Assembly (NCBI GenBank): GCA_965368975.1
Contig: CBDUPA010000025.1
Location: 15,703 to 79,702 of the forward strand
Length of the DNA stretch: 64,000 nt
Direction of reading: 5' to 3'
DNA from: an uncultured bacterium
Lineage (GTDB): Bacteria > Acidobacteriota > Thermoanaerobaculia > Multivoradales > JAHZIX01
Below the pieces are notes generated by a model, which was given only the letters and a program-made list of their open reading frames with translations, was not told the origin of the DNA and searched no databases. Shown one piece after another: positions 59,532 to 64,000 of this stretch. The stretch's first letter is position 1, and each line of letters opens with the position of its first letter. Both the position numbers and the translations under genes were made by a program.

Positions 59532-62500
59532 GTGAACATGTCCTTGCGCAACGCCTACCTCACGCCTTGGCCGGAGCTGCTGCAGCAGCTCGAAATCTCT
59601 TCTGACAGCGACTCGAACACCAGCCCATACGGCGAAGCGAGCGCCGGCCTCAGCGACACCGACGCGGCCCGGCGGCTGGCCGAGCACGGGGCGAACGAAC
59701 TGCAGCAACGAAGCGGGCACTCAGCGTGGCAACTACTCTGGCGCCAGGTCGCATCGGTGATGATGGCAGTGCTGCTGGCGGCAGCGGTAGTCTCGGCCTT
59801 TGTCGGCGAAGTTGCCGAAGCCGTGGCGATCCTGGCCATCCTGGTGCTCAATGCGATCTTGGGCTTCCGCCAGGAATACCAGGCCGAGCGCTCGATGGCG
59901 GCTTTACAGCGTCTGGCGGCCCCGGTCGTGCGCGTGCGACGGCGCGGAGACCAAGAGCAGGACAGTGGCCAGTTGCGGGAGATTTCCGCTCGCGACCTGG
60001 TGCCCGGCGACGTGGTGGTCCTGGAAACCGGCAACCAGGTGCCCGCTGACGGGCGGCTGCTTACCGGCGTCAACCTGAGGGTCCAGGAAGCCGCATTGAC
60101 GGGCGAATCGGCAACCGTGGAAAAGGACGCCGAGGCCCGCGCCTTCGGCTCTCAAGCCTTGGCCGAGCGACGCAACATGGTGCACATGGGCACCCATGTC
60201 ACCTATGGCCACGGCGAGATGCTGGTCACCGCCACCGGCATGGATACCGAACTGGGCGCCGTCGCCTCACTGCTCCAGAGCGTGCCGGTCGAAGCAACAC
60301 CGCTGCAGCAGCAACTCGACGGACTCGGCAAGGCGCTATCGCTGGCCGCCCTCGTCATCGTCGCGATCGTCTTCGGACTTGGCCTGACGCGTGGCGAAGA
60401 CCTCGAGCTGATGTTCCTCACCGCGGTCAGCCTGGCGGTCGCGGCGGTACCCGAGGGCTTGCCAGCCGCGGTGACCATTGCCCTGGCTCTAGGTGCCCAG
60501 CGCATGCTGCGACGTCATGCTCTGATCCGCCGGCTGACCGCTGTCGAGACGCTCGGCTCAGTGAGTGTCATCTGTTCGGACAAGACAGGCACGCTGACGC
60601 ACAACCGCATGACCGTCACCGTGCTCGATGTCGGCGGTCGAGATCTGCGCCTGCGCCAGCCGCGCACCGGAGACCCATCCCAAGGCGGTGCGCTGCGCAT
60701 CGTCGAGGCGCAGGACTCGAGCTCACAGATTGTCACCGACGACGGTGGCCCAGCACCCGAAGGCCTCCGCCCCACGCTGGACCTGCTGCTGCTCGCCGGT
60801 GCCCTGTGCAACGATGCCGTCCTGCAGCGCAGCGAGAACACCCAAGAGCAAGACGCCGACGAGCAAGAACAGCAGCCAACCACGTGGCAAGCTCTCGGTG
60901 ACCCGACGGAGGCGGCCCTCGTCCTCGCCGCTGCCCACTGTGGCCTGGCCAAGCCCGAGCTCGAGAGGCTCTTTCCACGCATCGCCGAAGTGCCTTTCGA
61001 TTCCGAGCGCAAGCGCATGACCACCGTCCACAGCTGCCCACCCGATGCCGCTCGGGTGCCCGCCGGCCTGGCGGCACTCTGGTATAGCGCCCAGCCGAGG
61101 CAAGACGCCAGCCAGCCTTGGGCCGGGCCACCGCCGTACGCCGCTTTCGTCAAGGGCGCCGTCGACGGCCTGTTCGAGCGTAGCCACCAGGTATGGGCCG
61201 ACGGTCGGCGCGAGCCCTGGAGCGACGCCTGGGAAGAGCGCTTGCGACAGGCGCACGACCGCCTCGCCGACCAGGGAATGCGCGTCCTCGGCGTGGCAGT
61301 GCGACGCCTGAGCGAACCGCCTCCGGATCCGCCGTCCGAGGATCTCGAGCGCGACCTCACCTTCATCGGCCTGGTCGGCATGATCGATCCGCCCCGTGAC
61401 GAAGCCGCCGCCGCCGTGGCCACCTGCCGCCGCGCCGGCATCCGTCCCGTGATGATCACGGGCGACCATCCGCTCACCGCTCACCACATCGCAGTCCAGC
61501 TCGGCATCTGCCCGCCCATGCTGCCCGCGGCGGGACACCTCGGTTCCGTGCGGCCGCCCCAACGTCCCTTCTTGACGGGACCGGAACTCGACACCATGTC
61601 GCCCGAGCAGCTGAGCACGGCCGTGAAAGACGTTTCCGTCTTCGCCCGCGTCGCTCCGGAGCACAAGCTGCGCCTGATCGACACACTACAGGCCCTCGGC
61701 CAGCAAGTGGCAATGACCGGGGACGGCGTCAACGATGCACCAGCTCTGAAGAGCGCAGACATCGGGATCGCCATGGGCATCAGCGGCACGGACGTCGCCA
61801 AGGAGGCCGCCGACCTCATTCTGCGCGACGACAACTTCGCCACCATCGTCGCCGCGGTCGAAGAAGGACGCGTCATCTTCGACAACATCCGTAAATTCAT
61901 CCGCTACCTGCTCAGCTGCAACGCCGGCGAGCTCGCCGTCATGCTCATCGCGCCCTTTCTGGGCATGCCGCTGCCCCTGCTACCCCTGCAGATCCTCTGG
62001 ATGAACCTGGTCACCGACGGTCTGCCGGCGCTGGCGCTGGCGCTCGAACCCGCCGAGCGTCAGATCATGGACCGGCCACCTCGACCGCCTGGCGAAGGTA
62101 TCGTGCCGCGCACCTTGGCACTGCGCATCGGCGTCACCGGTCTGTTGCTGGCGGCGACGGCGCTAGGGCTCGGGTATTCCGTCTGGTCGACCGGCGTCGA
62201 AGCCTGGCAAACACAGCTGTTCACCGCCCTGACGCTGTCCCAGATCTGGATCGCCCTCGCCGTCCGCTCGCGCCGCGACTCGATCTTCACGCCGCGTCGA
62301 TTCCTGCAACGCCTGCGCGGTAATCCAGCGCTGCTCGCCGCCATCGCCGTGACCCTGCTGCTGCAGCTGGCGGTCATCTACGTTCCGTTCCTGCAGAGCA
62401 TCTTCGCAACACAAGCGCTATCCGGACAGGAACTCTGGAAGGTTCTTGCCGTCAGTACAGTACCGTTCTGGCTGGTGGAGCTGGGGAAACTGGCTTCGAT

Positions 62501-62555
62501 GCAACGGCGGGAAGGGATGGTACCGAGGGGCGGGTTTGAACCGCCGACCTCCTGA
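59532..62555 (+). CDS. P-type cation ATPase, type IIA (Ca2+-like)
   Basis: [42 protein letters not shown]. Confidence 0.92.
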   Translation: MNMSLRNAYLTPWPELLQQLEISSDSDSNTSPYGEASAGLSDTDAARRLAEHGANELQQRSGHSAWQLLWRQVASVMMAVLLAAAVVSAFVGEVAEAVAILAILVLNAILGFRQEYQAERSMAALQRLAAPVVRVRRRGDQEQDSGQLREISARDLVPGDVVVLETGNQVPADGRLLTGVNLRVQEAALTGESATVEKDAEARAFGSQALAERRNMVHMGTHVTYGHGEMLVTATGMDTELGAVASLLQSVPVEATPLQQQLDGLGKALSLAALVIVAIVFGLGLTRGEDLELMFLTAVSLAVAAVPEGLPAAVTIALALGAQRMLRRHALIRRLTAVETLGSVSVICSDKTGTLTHNRMTVTVLDVGGRDLRLRQPRTGDPSQGGALRIVEAQDSSSQIVTDDGGPAPEGLRPTLDLLLLAGALCNDAVLQRSENTQEQDADEQEQQPTTWQALGDPTEAALVLAAAHCGLAKPELERLFPRIAEVPFDSERKRMTTVHSCPPDAARVPAGLAALWYSAQPRQDASQPWAGPPPYAAFVKGAVDGLFERSHQVWADGRREPWSDAWEERLRQAHDRLADQGMRVLGVAVRRLSEPPPDPPSEDLERDLTFIGLVGMIDPPRDEAAAAVATCRRAGIRPVMITGDHPLTAHHIAVQLGICPPMLPAAGHLGSVRPPQRPFLTGPELDTMSPEQLSTAVKDVSVFARVAPEHKLRLIDTLQALGQQVAMTGDGVNDAPALKSADIGIAMGISGTDVAKEAADLILRDDNFATIVAAVEEGRVIFDNIRKFIRYLLSCNAGELAVMLIAPFLGMPLPLLPLQILWMNLVTDGLPALALALEPAERQIMDRPPRPPGEGIVPRTLALRIGVTGLLLAATALGLGYSVWSTGVEAWQTQLFTALTLSQIWIALAVRSRRDSIFTPRRFLQRLRGNPALLAAIAVTLLLQLAVIYVPFLQSIFATQALSGQELWKVLAVSTVPFWLVELGKLASMQRREGMVPRGGFEPPTS

Positions 62556-62574
62556 TCCACAGTCAGGGGGTCTA
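62518..62574 (-). mobile_element. 3' fragment of tRNA-His(GUG): probable att duplication at the boundary of an integrated element
   Basis: Minus strand reads CCTGA-CTGTGGA-TCAGG AGGTC GGCGG-TTCAAAC-CCGCC CCTCGGT-A-CCA. Anticodon arm, T arm and CCA are present, but no matching 5' acceptor strand or D arm. Sequence to the right is visibly more AT-rich. Confidence 0.82.
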
Positions 62575-62647
62575 AAATAATCTCGCCAGGTAAACTCTTT
62601 CCAATCATGATTTTCCAGCATTCAATTCGACACCGTGAAGACATTGC

Positions 62648-62797
62648 GCGACCTTCCCGCGACCTTCAGGTAATTTGACCTCAATCTCAGCTCGTCCTCG
62701 GCGAACCTGGTTTTCAACCAATAGTCCCTGATTTTAAAGGGCATTTCTGAATTCAATCCGAGACAAGAATGAATTTTGGCGACCTTGGGGCGACCTT
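62648..62797 (+). repeat. Two pairs of GCGACCTT direct repeats (11-bp period), integrase arm-type site candidates
   Basis: GCGACCTT at 62648, 62659, 62779 and 62790, separated by AT-rich DNA and adjacent to the tRNA fragment. Confidence 0.65.
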
Positions 62798-63248
62798 GAG
62801 AACGGGCAACCCTGTCTAACTCCACCCACCGGAAGCCGCAGCGAAGGCCCTGCCTCCCTCCTCCGCTCCCACAACTTCTCAAAGAAGAACGCGTATACTT
62901 ATCAATGCCTCTCACTGGAGAGGGGCGCCACCGAAAGGAGGTGCCACTTGGGCCAATTCGTTGGCGACCTAGTGATGAGTAACCGGAAAAAGCCCGACCA
63001 GGAAATACAGCATCCCACATCAGGGGTGTTGGAATGCCAGGGTCGGGGATAACCACAGTCCCCCGGTGAGCTGTTAGGAGCTCAAAGTGGACCTTGGCGG
63101 GTCGTTGGGGTGATGCCGTTGGCGAGATGCTTGCGGCACGCTGCTGCCGGCGGCTTGGCTGTGGGTGCCTTGCACGCCGGGCAGTGTGAGTTGAGTTCGC
63201 CTAACCGTCCTCGATCCACCCTGCTCGGCTTTCCTTCTAGACTAGGAC

Positions 63249-64000
63249 TCAAGCCGGAATGTAGACCTCGGTTGCCCAAAGCCATTCGTAGCCGTTGAGC
63301 GCAAGCGCTGCAAGGGCAACGATAAGCAGCACCTGCAACGCCTGATGAGCTTTGTGGAGCCATTGGTAGTTCTTCCATGCTGGCGAGTAGCCTGACCTCT
63401 CCTCTTCGTCGCGAAGCGGCCCTACACTCCATGTCAGGAGACCACGCAGGCCGTTGTAGAGGAGCAATAGAGATCCCAGGAGCCAGAACCGCCAGCCTTT
63501 GTCGATTCCGATGAGAAGTTCGATCACGTGGTACTTCTCGCACTCTGGCGCCAGACACGGCTTGAGTTCGCTCAGCGTCGTTGTGACTTGCCGCAGGTGC
63601 TCCACGCTGGGATCTTCGCCTACCTCTAAGGCCAGCGAGACCCTCTTAAGATCCTGCGTCACTTCCTGAATAAGTTCCTGGCTCCTATTGACGCTGAGCC
63701 ACATTAGTGTCTTCGCCGCGTAGGGGACGATAAACGAAATTAGCAAGAGCAAGTGAAAGAGCAACTTCGGGCCGGAGTAGCCTCGGCGGAGGACTGACCA
63801 AGGGTCTGTAGCGGTAGGCGCGAAGATGGCATTCCGAACCAAACAGTCGTCTAGTCTTATGCCCCGCGCTGAACGCAGATCAGCCCCTCTAAAACTCGCA
63901 TGGCTCAGAATCGCACCGCGGAATTCCGCTATCCGAACCCCGACCTGCCTGCACCGGCGGAATCCGACCACTTGTTCCGATTGAAACCGACCGGTGAATC
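63249..64000 (-). CDS. Pentapeptide-repeat membrane protein (N-terminus outside window), island cargo
   Basis: Frame open to the window edge; AEFRG-AILSH-ASFRG-ADLRS repeats followed by three hydrophobic segments. Confidence 0.65.
   Translation of the reverse strand, partial: FTGRFQSEQVVGFRRCRQVGVRIAEFRGAILSHASFRGADLRSARGIRLDDCLVRNAIFAPTATDPWSVLRRGYSGPKLLFHLLLLISFIVPYAAKTLMWLSVNRSQELIQEVTQDLKRVSLALEVGEDPSVEHLRQVTTTLSELKPCLAPECEKYHVIELLIGIDKGWRFWLLGSLLLLYNGLRGLLTWSVGPLRDEEERSGYSPAWKNYQWLHKAHQALQVLLIVALAALALNGYEWLWATEVYIPA

Noticed and set aside
62518-62600. Complete tRNA-His gene
   Set aside because: No D arm or 5' acceptor strand complementary to CCTCGGT; only the 3' part is present.
62622-63056. 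144-aa minus-strand ORF
   Set aside because: No recognisable motifs, and it overlaps the putative att arm sites; probably non-coding.

Overview
High-GC bacterial DNA; the host cannot be fixed from this window. Bases 1-29974 (- strand) are one apparently uninterrupted reading frame of at least 9,990 codons that runs off the left edge. It encodes a hybrid NRPS/PKS: C(DCL)-A-T | C-A-T | KS-AT-ACP | C-A-T | C-A-T | KS-AT-ACP | C-A-T | C-A-T | C-A(partial). Both PKS modules lack KR, and GTAG-type REP palindromes are inserted in frame in two A domains. The right half mixes core genes (hemW, parE, parC, hisS, hutH, aminotransferases, a TatT/DctP/DctQM TRAP transporter, alpha-carbonic anhydrase, Ca-type P-ATPase) with accessory units. 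These are a SatD + membrane protein pair with a palindromic operator, an Endo-H-like GH18-MVL fusion with a 3xMVL lectin, an AlbA_2/HATPase + ParA pair, a SprT-like/RadC fusion and an orphan lanthipeptide-like precursor. At ~62.52-62.57 kb a 3' fragment of tRNA-His (U72/A73 type, matching the Caulobacter-type HisRS 4.4 kb away) and paired arm-type repeats mark the edge of an integrated element extending past the right end. Domain boundaries and A-domain codes were read by eye and are approximate.
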